Shown here: piece by piece, positions 12,224 to 25,909 of the stretch | Layout: each line of letters begins with the position of its first letter | Numbering within the stretch: position 1 is the stretch's first letter | Origin: Octopus sinensis | Taxonomy: Eukaryota | DNA: 64,000 nt | Direction of reading: 5' to 3' | Assembly: GCF_006345805.1 (NCBI RefSeq) | Contig: NC_043007.1 | Coordinates: 6,510,001 to 6,574,000 of the forward strand | The notes under the pieces: model-generated | Database searches by the model: none | Told to the model about the DNA's origin: nothing | Seen by the model: only the letters and a program-made list of their open reading frames with translations | Translations under genes and position numbers: made by a program

Positions 12224-13471
12224 TATACGAAGTTATTATTTTAGGCCTTTGGTGTCATGAGTAAACGGTACAGAATAAAATATTTGAAATGAATGTTAAG
12301 TGAGAGACATCTAAAATGAAATGCCTCCACCCGTGACATAGCTGCCGAGTACATTAAAGAGAGAAATGTGCCGTATCCTGCTTATTGATTTGTTGATAGA
12401 AGTCGGGTGGATTTATGGTTGAGGAATGGTGCACCAACTCCACTTGCATTTGCTAAGCTATCTTGAACAATGCCAAACCAGATTTATTGAATGCATTCAA
12501 TGTTTTAATACAGTAAAATTCCATATGTTCTTAAAAAAGATAACGTAAAGACATCGCTGTGTGTTTATATGCTTTCGTCTTCATATGCAAATCTTCGTAT
12601 AGTCAAACATTTGTTACTTGCGCAGGACATTGATAAATGTGATTCAACGCAAATGAAATATATGAATAATTAAATACTATTTCGAAAAATATCAACATAT
12701 CTGCACCATTAAATAATGCATAACATGAATTTTGTACTTAAAGATCTGAATATTAATATATCGATTATTGCACTCGTAATCCAGAATACCGTGAAGCAGT
12801 TAATATTAAAATAGAGAAGTCAAGTAGGACCCGGGTTATTGGACATTTCTATTGTTTATATATAAACTATGTAAAAATACACAGGATATGAACTCCGTTA
12901 AAAGATTAATATGTAAACGTAATTTCATAATTCGCTGCCGATTAGCATTTAAATAGATTTTTGTTTATCTTCCTTGTGATAAAAATTATAATAATAGAGG
13001 CTGTAATAGGAACAACGAATTTTTATACTGCAACTCGCATTGTATCGTGTCGTGAGATTCTGAATAGTAGTCTAAATAAATCATTGTGACCATAGCTGTA
13101 TATTCAAGAAATGGTTAAGTTATTCCGATTTTTAAAAAATCCAAAGAATATTTATGTTAATTCTTTCTTTATCTTCTCAGTGATACAACACATATTATTA
13201 TACACCCACATACTCCCTTCCACTATAGCTTATACTCCGGATATATAGAAAGATAGGGTTTGAATCGGACGTAAAACGGTGTTCAAAAAGACCGGAAATT
13301 AATGTAATATTTAATGAGGGAATCATTCAATTAAAATAATATAATCTGAAGTGAGTTCTGACATAAAATGAGAAACAAGAGAATCGACATAAAAGAGCTG
13401 TCACTTTGATGTGAACAATAATGTGAAGTTGTCGAGTTGTTTCAAAGATGATCAATGTATGATTGCGAAGA

Positions 13472-13538
<67 letters not shown>

Positions 13539-13546
13539 GTACATAT

Positions 13547-13581
<35 letters not shown>

Positions 13582-14077
13582 AGTGTGTGTGAAAGAGAGA
13601 GAGAGAGAGAATGTGAGTACCTATATGTATGTATATATATGTATATATATAAGTAATTTCTCTCTCTCACAACATATATTTATATTATATAAGTAAATAT
13701 TTCTGTTTATGTCTCTGTTATATATACATACACACACACCCACACACATAAAGATATATAATCTCCTTTGGCTCTTCCCTCTCTGACGAAGCAGTGGGGC
13801 CGACATCGTGGTATACGTTGTGGTATTTTACAGGTTAGATGCGATGGAGCCGATCTGTGTCCAAATCTGATTACAACAACAGAAAAGAGGAGCAAAAAAG
13901 AGGGCAATTGACCTCAGCGCGGGAGAACAATTTTCCTCATTGATCCCGCCAACATGAACGGCAATGTTGACTGCCATTGTTTCTGATCACAGAGTGCAGA
14001 CGACAGTAATCGATACAACACACAATCAATACGACGTGTATTTAGTTTCGAATGTTGTCATAATATTGAAACATACG

Positions 14078-14245
14078 CAGGCGCAGCCGTGTGGTAAGAA
14101 GTTTGTTTCCCAACCACATAGTTGCAGTTTCAATCCCACCGCTTGGCAGCTTGGGAGAGTGTTTTTTTTTTTTACTATAACATCTAAGCCAACCAACTCC
14201 TTGTGAGTGGATTTGCTCGGCCAGAAACTGAATGAATCACATCGT
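14078..14245 (+). mobile_element. Family B SINE head
   Basis: gcagccgtgtggtaagaagtttgtttcccaaccacatag...ccttgtgagtggatttg...gaaactgaatgaatc matches the reverse complement of 9403-9563. Confidence 0.75.
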
Positions 14246-15074
14246 AAATATCTGAACCATAGTTCTTTATTTTATCGATACTAAAAGAAGGAAAGTATTC
14301 GAGGAATGTTGATATGGAACGCTGAACGTAAAGAGCGCGAGTCAAGCACAGCAACGCATCTTGATGATACTCTTGTTATTCAGCCAATCCGGATATGTAA
14401 TATTTGCATGTGTGTGTGTGTCTGTGTGCGTGTGTATATACAAATATATATATAGTGAAAGAGACAGACTGACAGACAGAGAAGGAGAGGGAGAGAACGA
14501 AGCGAATGAGATATATTCTTATATAATATAAACAATACATTACCTATGCGCGCGAATATATATTAAAGTCTTGCATGCCTCCCTGTGCCTGTGTGTGCGT
14601 TTGTTTGTGCGTGTGTCTGTGTGTGTGTATGCGTATGTGTGTGTGTGTGTGTGTGTGCGTGTGCGTGTGTGTGTGTGTGTGTTCGCACGCGTCTTGAACA
14701 TCACGAATCGAAAACCAATTATAATGTTAAAATTGGAGTTATTTATACTAAGTATTAAAATTCATAGATACAAGCACGAGCGTATTGAGTTCGGTAATTC
14801 CATGTAAACCATTTATTTTCAACACGATGCGTGTTGTTATGCTTAAGCAAATTACTATTGTAGATTGTTAATTAGATTTTGGTGCGAGCAACTTAATACG
14901 TCATTACTTCGAAAACAGATGATTCAGATACGATCTTTGTCTTCCGTATTGAGTTCTACCTAACACATTTATTCATGAATTATTCCTTGCTATCTTCAGA
15001 AATTTGATTTCAGCATGTTCTTGCATGCATACATATATGCATACAAACATAAATACATACATACATACATACAA

Positions 15075-15129
<55 letters not shown>

Positions 15130-15131
15130 AT

Positions 15132-15205
<74 letters not shown>

Positions 15206-15206
<1 letters not shown>

Positions 15207-15530
15207 CAAAAGTTTGGGGGTAAGGACATCGAAAAATCAAATGCTAAGGTTATTCGAGAACGTACGTTTCAAGATTAGTCAAAACAACATTTCTATCATC
15301 GGCTCAGAAATTCCTTGGTTTGGATTTGGAAACACTGAAAATAAGAACATACCCTTTCGAAGATCTGCTTCCAACTAACAGTGCCACCAAATTCAAATAA
15401 GCAAGCGAAGAGTCTCTGTTCTCCCCTTTCCACCAGCGTGGGTTAAAATCATCAAACACTATGCTTATTTCGGTAAAATCCGAAGCATTAATTAGAGGGA
15501 GATTAATTATAATTTCAACAATTGAGGGCA
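15206..15530 (-). pseudogene. Possible decayed LINE apurinic endonuclease fragment
   Basis: IVFDDFNPRWWKGEN resembles APE xxGDFNAxxxxWW, and NQGISEPM resembles xQLISEPT. Frameshifted. Confidence 0.35.
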
Positions 15531-15750
15531 AAATTAATTAATTATTAATCAATTTCACCAAGTGTTCAGTATGCAAAGGGACCATTCAAGGCAAATTCAA
15601 ATTATTACATTATATAAAAGGGCTTAGTAAAATAAATTACTTTGCCGCATACTGAACTCATTAGAAATAGCAGCCAAAAAACTTTTTTAAAGCTATTTCT
15701 AATACTTAAAGAAAATCTCTCTCATATATAGTGTTTGCTTAATTCAACTC

Positions 15751-15907
15751 ACAAAAGTTTGGGGGTAAGGACATCGAAAAATCAAATGCTAAGGTTATTC
15801 GAGAACGTACGTTTCAAGATTAGTCAAAACAACATTTCTATCATCGGCTCAGAAATTCCTTGGTTTGGATTTGGAAACACTGAAAATAAGAACATACCCT
15901 TTCGAAG
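15751..15907 (+). repeat. 157-bp direct duplicate of 15206-15362
   Basis: Identical by eye at an offset of 545 bp. Confidence 0.95.
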
Positions 15908-15937
15908 GGTATGAATAAGAACATACCCTTTCGAAGG

Positions 15938-16715
15938 TTGCCACATTCAGAGGAGGATATGCACATATAATGGACAGATTTCCCCTTGCATGTGTACACT
16001 TCCGACTCACGATTAGTTAGTTTAAGTTTATTCCCATGCCAGGACAAAGGTATTCCAAACCAAACATTTCTGAGAATAGAACAATGTTAGAATTCATTGA
16101 CACCTTTGTTTACTTTGGAAGCACACTGTCATGATATGGTGGTCTTGATTCAGAGATATTCTATCGAACAGAGATTGGAATTGTGCAGGTGAGGAGTTGA
16201 AAATGCGAGCATGGGTGGATAGAGGTGTTTACTTACCGACAAAAACCAGTGCCTAGAAGACGTGTGCATTGACAGCACTTCTTTATTCGAGTAAGACTTG
16301 AACCACTCACAGGCGTTATATGAAAATGCTGGAGTGATTTCACCAAAAGTGCTTCAGGCCTTACTTGGGATGCAAGTGGGAATGATTCGTACCAGATACA
16401 GACGTTTTGCGCTTGGCACGTTGTAGCTCAGTTGAATAACATTTCATCTTGGTTCAAATGAGACGGAGTGGATATATTATTAAAACGAAAGCTGAGCGAT
16501 TGCCAAAGCGTCTTTATTTATGTGAGTTCAACTCTGGTAACCGACCCTAACATAAGCCAAGGAAAAGGTATGAAGACTGAAAGAAGACCCGAAGAAACTA
16601 GATATGAACAAAAGTTTTGCATTGGAACGGTTGGAAGGAAAAGATGATCCAATGCTCTGAGCTTAAAAGGGCCTGTCGGAAAGGAACAATTCGACTGAAA
16701 TCAACAGTGAATATT
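15938..16715 (+). mobile_element. 5'-truncated, decayed RTE-clade LINE (RT C-terminal region)
   Basis: Motifs AHSEEDMHI*MDRFPLACVHFRLTIS, EFIDTFVYFGSTLS, RLPKRLYLCEFNSGNR and KPRKRYED match RTE/BovB ORF2. Many stops. Confidence 0.85.
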
Positions 16716-16961
16716 AGATATGTATTGTGTGCGATCAGGTTCTGTTGTTAAAAATAGGAAACGTGAATCACATGAAGTCACGTGGAAATGCTTGAGGCAA
16801 GCAATAGTCTTGAACTCCAACCGCCTCTTACAACTCGTGTCATACCTTAGAAGACTAGCATGGCAACATCTGGATTAAAAGACATTCTCATTCGCGAACC
16901 CATCCCTCAGAATCAGATTTGAAGAGCAAAGATGTGAGTGTATACACACACACACATAGAT

Positions 16962-16992
<31 letters not shown>

Positions 16993-17639
16993 ATTATTAT
17001 ATACATCGAGTGAGAGAGACAGAGAGAGGTAGGGGTGAGAGAGGGAAATCTGTTTATTTATTTGCATACCGATACCGCTATATACATTTGATTTCCTCCT
17101 AACCACTATCTTATCGTGACACCTAGTTTGTACGTTGAGTTTCAGGAAAGATATTAATTCACAGCGTCAGAGAGTACATAGAATGTGCCTATAACCGTCA
17201 TTCGTTTCCCTGACAGCAATAACAAAATGTTAGCGGCCGTCCCTTCTACAGACGCACAAAGGGAATACAGCGCAATAAAAACATAGAAAGAGACTTCTTA
17301 GCAATGTTTCTCTTGGCACAACCAATTAACTGGTGTGTTATTGTTGCCATCTAGAATTCTTTATATTTTCATACATGCAAAATATGGCTGAAGAATATGA
17401 TGGTAAGATACATGCTTAACTGACAAACACTTTCTTTCACAGACAACTACAGACCGAGTGACATCTCCCAGTTTTCTCTCCTGTACATTAAACCCTAAGA
17501 TCTACGACTACTTCTAAGAACACCAGAATCAAAAATATAGTTGTTAGTGGCAATTATCCAGCAACGCTAGCACACAATTTTCTTTCTAAAAATAATGATG
17601 AAGCGTATATAGATTTCCTGTGGATGAGTATAGAATTTA

Positions 17640-17985
17640 CTTGCTGAGAAATCCGCCTGTAAAACTTCTTTACTGCCACTATGCAAAATATTTGAAGAAT
17701 TTCTCTTATTCGACCAGTTTTGGTAACAAAACAGCAATCTAATAATCTCTGACAGTACGAAGCCATTGTGAAATAAATTCATGAAGCATTTGTTTGAATA
17801 ACAATGAAATAATAGCTACATGACTCTAACAAAGGACATATCTACACAATTGTGATAATATCTCGATGTCGCTCTGAAGGTAAACAGAAAAGAAATGAAG
17901 AACACTCAGTTATGAATATCAAAACGAATTACAGGCACTGAGCATAACATTCGGACATCTCAACAGCTTTCTTAGGTGTCAACAA
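17640..17985 (+). pseudogene. Possible very old Penelope-like linker/GIY-YIG remnant
   Basis: Weak motifs only (PVLVTKQQSNNL; GHIYTI...KRNEEH). Confidence 0.25.
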
Positions 17986-18789
17986 ATATATTCTCTCTGC
18001 CTTTCTCTCTGTCTCTGTCTCTCTTCCTCTCTGCCTCTCTCTCTCACAGCCATAACGAGCGATGTATTTGACGAGAATATATGGAACAAAAGCTTCCTAA
18101 TCTTCGAAAAGTGAGAAACTATGTTAGCGACGAAAAATATGTGATGGAAAATTAATGATTCAGAGATTTACGCGCAGTGCAGCGTGCTTCAATCGAAACA
18201 AGTAAATGGTTTCGAGGAGTTGAAAAGATTTCTGTCGCAATGACTGGAAAACCTTCATTGTTAATGTAACAATATTCCCCATAATTCATATATTATTGCA
18301 ATAAAAAGAATGTCTTTGGAAACATGAGTGCCATAATGTATTTATATTCCGTGCGAAGCAGCCGAAATTCAGTCCGATATTTAGCAGAATCTCTCTTAAA
18401 ATTCTGTATTAAGGACAAAAAAAAAGATATGAAGAAAAAAGACAGTAAAGGAAAAAGAATCCTGTGAACTCTCAAAATTGTAAAGAACTATAAATCTTTT
18501 ATTATCTGTGGCAAATCATCCACAATAATTTGTAAGTTTCCTGTGATAGTTAACGAACTAGTCATGTGACTGCTTGTAGGCATAGGCATTTGTTAGGGGT
18601 AAACAAGGAGCCTGTGTATATATATAATTGGAATTCTTGTTCATAAAACCTACTACTTCAGAAATAATGTCATGTGAGAACAAGGAATCAGTAATACAAT
18701 TGCTTGACTAAAAACTAAATTCGGTAAAAAGCTTTACGAATAGGCACAAAATGTGAATAAAGAAATACTAGCAAAGTATTGTACATAGC

Positions 18790-19130
18790 TTAACAAACAA
18801 TCTAAGCAGCCTGGGATCGAAGTTTGCACGAACCTTGCCTATAATCAGTTCTTTATGAATAATTCTGTATACAATTTCAGTACCAACAATATGCTTATCT
18901 TTATAACCACAGGACGATCTTCATCGAGAAAATTGCGTATTTTCTCAACCAGCTCCGATGTTCTGACATTCTTTTCATCTTTACTCACTTTTTCTTTACC
19001 GCCCTTGGACCTCTTGTGCCAGCGAAGAGCATTTCATAAATTTCTGTAACGTTTTTGCCCAGTTGAACACAGAATTGTATTGCACACCGAACTTTGAAAC
19101 GTTCCGACTACGTTATGCAAAGTAGTCAGC
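18790..19130 (-). mobile_element. Mariner transposase N-terminal remnant
   Basis: RCAIQFCVQLGKNVTEIYEML, RWHKRSKGGKEKV, EKIRNFLDEDR and RIIHKELIIGKVRANFDPRLL (degenerate WVPRLL). Confidence 0.75.
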
Positions 19131-19440
19131 TGTGACAAGCAGTGTTTAGTCGGGTGTAGACAGCCGTCTCATTCACTTTGGAATTATAAAATTTGACAAT
19201 CAGTTTATATGATGTGTATTCATGATATATTAAAATTACAATAACCTAAGACATATATCACTGCCTCTCTTAAAATAAGCCCGAAAACATTTCCAATGCA
19301 TCTCGGATATGCAGTCTTCATCAGCATGTAGCAAATAACAGATTTGTTTGTAAAGATTTTCATTCATTTTGGAAGTCAATACAAAAACCTATGGAAAAAG
19401 AGAACGATTTTAGCAGAGTTAATTAGAATTCTAACAACAT

Positions 19441-19672
19441 ATATTTCTTTACTACCCACAAAGGGCTAAACACAGAGGGGACAAACAAGGACAGAGAAAC
19501 GGATTAAGTCGATTACATCGACCCCAGTGCGTAACTGGTACTTAATTTATCGACCCCGAAAGGATGAAAGGCAAAGTCGACCTCGGCGGAATTTGAAATC
19601 AGAACGTAACAGCAGACGAAATACGGCTACGCATTTCGCCCGGCGTGCTAACGTTTCTGCCAGCTCACCACC
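19441..19672 (-). mobile_element. Family A SINE, full length
   Basis: Complete reverse-complement copy. Confidence 0.9.
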
Positions 19673-19869
19673 TTTTTCTAATAAAATATAAAACAATACA
19701 CTGTGCATGATCATTTTCACTTCAATTTCTAATGACATCGAATATAGAATATAAATACATTTGATTAATGGTGTAGTGTTGCATCAATTAGGAAGAGAGT
19801 GATGAGGGCATAATAGTTTCGACACATGTCAACATTTGTCTCCCATGCTTACTTGGCTGCAATTAACAA

Positions 19870-20073
19870 TATTGGTTTCAAACAATTTCGGTGGAGGGGT
19901 TAAGTCGATTCGGTTATGTCGACTCCTGTGCTCAACTGGGAATTATTTTATGGATCACGAACGGATGAAAGACAGAGTCTATCTCGGTGGAATTTGAACT
20001 AAGAATGTAAAAACGGACGAAATGCCGCTAAGCATTTTGCCCGGCGTGCTAACAATTGGGCCAGCTTACCACC
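19870..20073 (-). mobile_element. Older family A-related SINE
   Basis: Diverged core and head (ccgctaagcattttgcccggcgtgctaac). Confidence 0.8.
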
Positions 20074-21559
20074 TTTAAAGGTGCAAAAGATAATAACCAT
20101 AAAATATATTTTCTTGCTTCATATGTGTTTTTGTTTAGCTTTCCAATATTCCGTATATAAACTATGTTGAGACTAATTTATCTAATTATACTATAAATAT
20201 GGAGCGACCCCAAGAAAAGAAACCCAACTATCTCGAAGTAAATATTACTTTTATCCATTCAATTAATTAAAACATCCCCCAAGATCATACTGAAGTTCAG
20301 TACCAATGAAAATGTGTGATAAGCTCATGAAAGCTTACCATCTCTCATAAATTTTTTATGAAAAGTTGGGTATTGCAATCTTCGTCATCCTAATCTTCAA
20401 TCTGAAGTATCTATTCGGAGTGCAGCATGTTGTGTGGGTACATGGGACTAAATGTCGAATGTTAACTCAGGTATCGGAAGTGTGGTTTAATACAATAGAT
20501 ATAGCTAATCACTGGCAACACTATGAAAAGGACGAGTATTGTATCCCGTTAATTTACTTGTATTGCTATAATCAATTTCTCATGCGACAATAAACTTGCT
20601 TACTATCTCCTCAAATACTTAATGCCTGAAAACGTGATGTAGGCATCGGTGAATGGCGCAACAGATCGCTGAGATCGCGGAAAGGACATTTACGTCAAGT
20701 GTGTAAAGTCAAAAGTGAAATACTGAACTGAAATGGTGCGGTTGAAGTAGGCTGTTCAAGGAGTGAGTTGAAATAATTCCAAGTCAAAATTATCCTTATC
20801 TGTCAGTTACAATTTATGGACAATGAAGGAAGACACACAGAGTATCTCCATGCTCGATGAAATTAGTTTCGAAAGTAAATACTAATTAAATTATAAGTGA
20901 ACAACAACAACAATAATAATAATTTCTTTTGTTGGCCTAAGGGACCCTAGACATGGAGAACAATATCAAAGGCTGAGATAAAACACAGGAAAGCAGGTGG
21001 GGTTGATATTGATCAAAGAGAGACACTACAATGTTAAAGGATATAAAAAAGGATATTGTTGTGGTACAATCCTGACACCCTTGTGGCACAGAAAGTGAAC
21101 TGTCCTAAATCCCATAAAGGCGCATGCGTATTGACAATGTGACGTACAGCGTGACGTCTGCAGTCGCATTTGTGAAGGCAGTCATAGAAGCCGTTGAGAA
21201 GAGATATACATTTGTTACGTGTTTGTTACTGATTTCGTTTTTGTAGTGTTATAAAACTGTTACAGAGTGGTCTATATCCAAAGTCAAGAATATAAGAGAT
21301 ATATAAATAGAAGCTAGAGAAATAAATAATTAATTAACAGAATTAACAAATATTTCACTTAAGTAATTCAGAGTACAACCCACACAAAATGACCCGGATT
21401 AGTTGGTCATCCTTAAGGTATAGCAAAGTGTCATCTCCCAGTTTCTCTCCTGCTACTCAGAAAAAGCATACACAGAGTAATCCATAGAGTCTCATCAATC
21501 AGGCCACTCTCATCCACCTTTTGATAAACACACTAAAAGGCGGCACCCCCTCTCTACCC

Positions 21560-22620
21560 CCACCTTCCTCTTCAAATAATATTTGAAGGAACTGATGAGA
21601 GCTTCACCAGATAAGAAAGTGATTGTCTTAAAACGTTTCAAACGTGTCCGCTACACAACCATTATTGCAACAGCCAATAAGCAGAGATAGATCTTCCTTC
21701 GATCTCTGCTAAAGGAAGGTAGTGTGTCAATCACCACTATACGTTCGGCAGACAGCCGCTTACACGAGACAGTAACTGCTCAACACAATTCCAGAAGCCT
21801 CTAATGAGCGATTGCATGCAGAACGGTTTTGTCCTCTTGAATGCAACGTGGGCAGGTTCGGCTGTTGGCATTTCCATGCCTGAAGAGCTTTTCTCGTACA
21901 AGCAATGCCTCGCCCTATCGCTGCTATGCTAAAGTCTCTTCAAAATTGTTCTTGATCTTCGACTCAAAAGTCCTCTGGAAGACACCACTCAGACTGTTCT
22001 CATCGAGCTCAGAGTCAATCCTGGGCCACCGTCGCTTATACCTTCAACTAACCCACAATAGAAATCGTGGGTTGTTTACTCGCCAACGGTTCTGTCCAGG
22101 TGGTACAGTGCAGTGATGCCTGGCAACATTCTAGTTGACAAACGCCCAATCTTGCTCTGCATTTGACTCATTATTGCCGTTCTGTTAACAAAATGGGTTG
22201 CGGAAAGACGTGTCGCACGAAGGACACCCGGACCAGTTCAACTTTGTTTCCGTCGTCGTCGTTCCCACCATCGCAGTGGCTTACATATTTCTGTAGGTGC
22301 GTGATCCTCAACGCGTGGCATCGCATCATCACGGAGGAATTCTCAGGTCCACCGCGAAGCAGGTGTTGACACAAGATGGATTTTCTGACCAGCGGAACCT
22401 GACTCTTTCAGGTTCAACATAGCAATCAACATAGCAAGCGCTATAATCTAAGCACCCTGAGCATCAACTCTTCCCCGTTCCTAGCTACTTGGAAAACAGG
22501 TTCGAACCAGATTCCGAGGAATTTCGGCGGACCCTCCGTCCAGGTAGAGATACCGCCGTTAGTTACTATGGATTTTCCTCACCAAGAGACTAGCTGCAAA
22601 CGCACTGATTTGTCCTGATT
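21560..22620 (-). mobile_element. Decayed Tx1/L1-clade LINE ORF2 3' region
   Basis: WTEGPPKFLGIWFEP, CQHLLRGG, LLVREKLFRHGNANSRTCPRCIQEDKTVLHA (C-terminal CPRC..H knuckle) and YLCLLAVAIMVV. GC-rich island. Confidence 0.8.
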
Positions 22621-22660
22621 TATGTCTACTCCTTTACATGCCGGATAATCTTTTAGTATG

Positions 22661-23170
22661 TGTTAATTACTTGCAGGGACAGCGTATTTCGTGATACAAC
22701 CATAATATACTACAAAGTATATCAAATGCTTTATAAACCAATACTGTGCGTAACTGTGTTAGCAGTGCTATTAAATCACTTGTTAAGGTTTTTTCTGCAA
22801 ATTATAGTCAGAGCTGGTTTCTTACGACGTTTTGTATGCGAATGAGTCTAAGGTGAACAACAATGCGATTGAAGATAGAGAAATAGGTAATGAGTGTATA
22901 TGGATATTTCAAGAGTTGTTGATCCTTCTTCAGTGTCGCATCCAACCGATTAAACAACCGCGAGCTGATTGCTTAAATTGCCACGAAATGTATCGTTGTA
23001 ACCTTAGAGGATACATCAATGTTACATTATTAAACACATTCTTGGCAGCTGGTACGCTCATGTTAATTACTTGTAGGGACATTGTATTTCGTTATGCAAC
23101 CATAATATTCTACAAAGTACATTAAACGCTTTATAAGTCAACAACGTGCCCTACGGTGTTAGCAGTGATA
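22661..23170 (+). repeat. Diverged ~110-bp direct repeat at 400-bp spacing (22661-22770 / 23061-23170)
   Basis: tgttaattacttgcagggacagcgtatttcgtgatacaacc... versus tgttaattacttgtagggacattgtatttcgttatgcaacc... Confidence 0.75.
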
Positions 23171-23491
23171 TATGTTCGTTAAAGTTATCTATACAGATAT
23201 TCTATATAAATTACAGCCGGAAGGAAAATATGCATATACACCCACTACATATTTCCATCTGCGATCGCATTGTTTTTTTTGTTGTTATTTTTACATTAAA
23301 CGTTTTCGGATGCGAAACATCGCAAGAAATCAGCCTTGCAAGGAAAGTGTTTAATATGTAAAATTGGTGAATCCAAGAATGTTACACTGCTATATTTCGT
23401 AGATATTGCAGTAATGGTTAATGGGTCGTTGGTGATGCTAAAGAAGAAGAACGCAATTGAAGTAACAGACAAGCGAAATCGAATCCGCAAA

Positions 23492-23550
23492 CAGTAATCC
23501 CTCGACTATCGCGGGGGTTACGTTTCAAACCCCCTCGCGATATGTGAAAA
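23492..23550 (+). mobile_element. Solo Tigger/pogo-like DNA transposon terminus
   Basis: CAGTAATCCCTCGACTATCGCGGGGGTTACGTTTCAAACCCCCTCGCGATA resembles Tigger-type TIR starts. No partner end found. Confidence 0.55.
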
Positions 23551-23573
23551 ACCGCGATTTAGAACTAGTATTG

Positions 23574-23606
<33 letters not shown>

Positions 23607-23610
<4 letters not shown>

Positions 23611-23818
23611 GGGGAGAGTTCACGAAAAAATCAAAAAACGAAGACAGGTGGTGTACAAAACAAACAGATGCATTAATATAACACTCAGGAATAGAAAAAG
23701 TCTTTAACGTTTCAAGCCTACGTTCTTCTACAGAAAGGGACACAGAAAACAAGGAGAGAATCAAGGAGAGAAAAAGGAGAGAAAAAGGAGAGAAAAAAAT
23801 GTGTGTAGTGGCTAACGA

Positions 23819-23820
<2 letters not shown>
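23607..23820 (-). mobile_element. Penelope-terminal-repeat-like fragment with degenerate minimal hammerhead
   Basis: Minus strand 23737-23702: CUUU CUGUAGA AGAACGUAGGCUU GAAA CGUU AAAG. Confidence 0.4.
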
Positions 23821-23859
<39 letters not shown>

Positions 23860-25204
23860 CATTTGTATATAATTATTGTATCATAAATTCAAAATAACAC
23901 CACATAGGAATCAACGCAAGCTTAAATAATAAGCTGCAATAGAACAGCCACAGCTGAAGCACGATATAGTGAGGGATCACGATACCGACTGGTATGTTCC
24001 ATCAGTAAATATATATAGATATATATATACATATGTATACACACACGTGTATGTACGTATGCATGTATGGTATTTTTTTGTTCTGTATACCAATATCTGC
24101 CAAAAAACTGATGGAAGTTTCTACCTCAAATTTACACATGTTTACATCGAACATGAAACCATGTAAATTGAGATAAAAGAATTTAGACCACAAACCCATG
24201 CATATGACACCAGTATCAAATTGTATTACTTTAAATTATGTGATAATTGAGAATTTCATGATACATGAACGCAAAGACACATATATTGACATTCGCACCT
24301 CAATATACACACATATACACCTACTTATATTCCCTCAATAGTTAACTGTCTACATATGTATATGTGTGTGTGCGCGCGCGTGAATGTGTGTGTGTGTGTA
24401 TTTGTGCACGTGTGTGTCTGTGTGTCTGTATGTGTAAGGACAGAAGGCAAAAGCAAACAGCGTTAAGAAATTAATATCGATTTGCGTCGGGATCGGTTGC
24501 CGAACGAGAGAGAAATCAATGCAAGGTTACCAGAATATGAGACAAAGAATCTGAAACAGTGAACTTGTTTTATCGTACGCAATAAAAGTTAATTTTAAGT
24601 TATAAAAGAGTTGATAACCTGTTCGACAAGTAAAATGTCTAGAGTTGTTGAAATGTTGAAACTCATTGTCACTCTCCAGCCATTTATTTGATCTGCTATT
24701 AAACTGCCATATCACTCCGTTTCCTTCTGCAGATTGCTATAATAGAGCGGACACGTCACTTCTGACATCGGTATCTATGTTATTTAATCACAGACGCTCA
24801 GACACACTCAATGCTTCAGCGCTTCACAACGTCTTAAGCAAGGCGTTCTAAAGTTTGTTTAGTCTGCTAGAAATCATACAGAAGCGATTTGATGTACTGT
24901 TACTGCTTCAAAATGTGTAACTGCATATACATTTACACACACAAACACACACACACATACACACACAAACGCACACACACAACATATATATATATATTTA
25001 TACATACATGTACGTATGTATGTATGTATGTATGTATGTATATATATATATATATATATATAAAGACAGACATTTTTTCTCTCTCTAATTTAATCGGATT
25101 AAGTGAAAATTATACCCCATCCATTTATTCCAGTTAACAAATCTATTACAATACGACGTGTATCTATATATATTTATGTGTGTGTGTGAATGTGATGCAT
25201 ATAC

Positions 25205-25261
<57 letters not shown>

Positions 25262-25909
25262 GAGATATTTAGAAATTTCATCTTTCTAATATATATAAAT
25301 ATATATATATATATACAATATATATATATATATATATTACTCAAAGAAATTCCAGCTTTGATATTCACGTTTTATTTACAATCTTATAATAATATAAGAG
25401 AATATAATATGATGAAATGAATATTAAATGTCCATTTTGATTGAACTGCTAGTTTCATGCATTAAACTATGCAATCTTCGTGTTCGTGTAGTAGTGCTGA
25501 CTGGTATGTTTTACAATTTACAACTGATATTTATATATATATGGAAACAAAAGGTAGAAAATGGTAAAATAAGTTTTGAAAAAACATTTCAGTACCGGTT
25601 TCATTAAGACTTTTTCAACTGAAAGTATGGGAAACTATTGCATTTTGGGAAAATAAAAAGAAAAGTTTTTTAAAAGAATATTTGCATAGTGTTCCAATAC
25701 AAGGGGCATTTTCCTTGTTTTTGCCAGTTTCTCTCTCTCTTCTTTACTCTTTTGGGTTCGAGGTCGTTGTGAATTCTTGGTAGAGATGGCACCACCAAAC
25801 CTTTCTTGTAATATATATTTTTCAAAGTGACAGACACAAATATATATATAAACAGAAAATTATTATATCTAAATCTCTGAACGAGAGAGATTCAGTAAAA
25901 GTAATCTAA

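Noticed and set aside
13832-13866. Strong minus acceptor; RFGHRSAP resembles the acid phosphatase RHGxRxP motif
   Set aside because: The motif does not actually match, part of it lies in the pyrimidine tract, and the donor (gtaaaa) is weak.
18293-18460. Very strong minus-strand acceptor at 18404
   Set aside because: No suitable donor before stops in any frame.
19285-19345. CUGAUGA...GAAA on the minus strand
   Set aside because: Stem II does not close next to the core, and stems I and III do not pair.
21585-21640. CUGAUGA...GAAA on the plus strand
   Set aside because: No stem II or cleavage triplet geometry.
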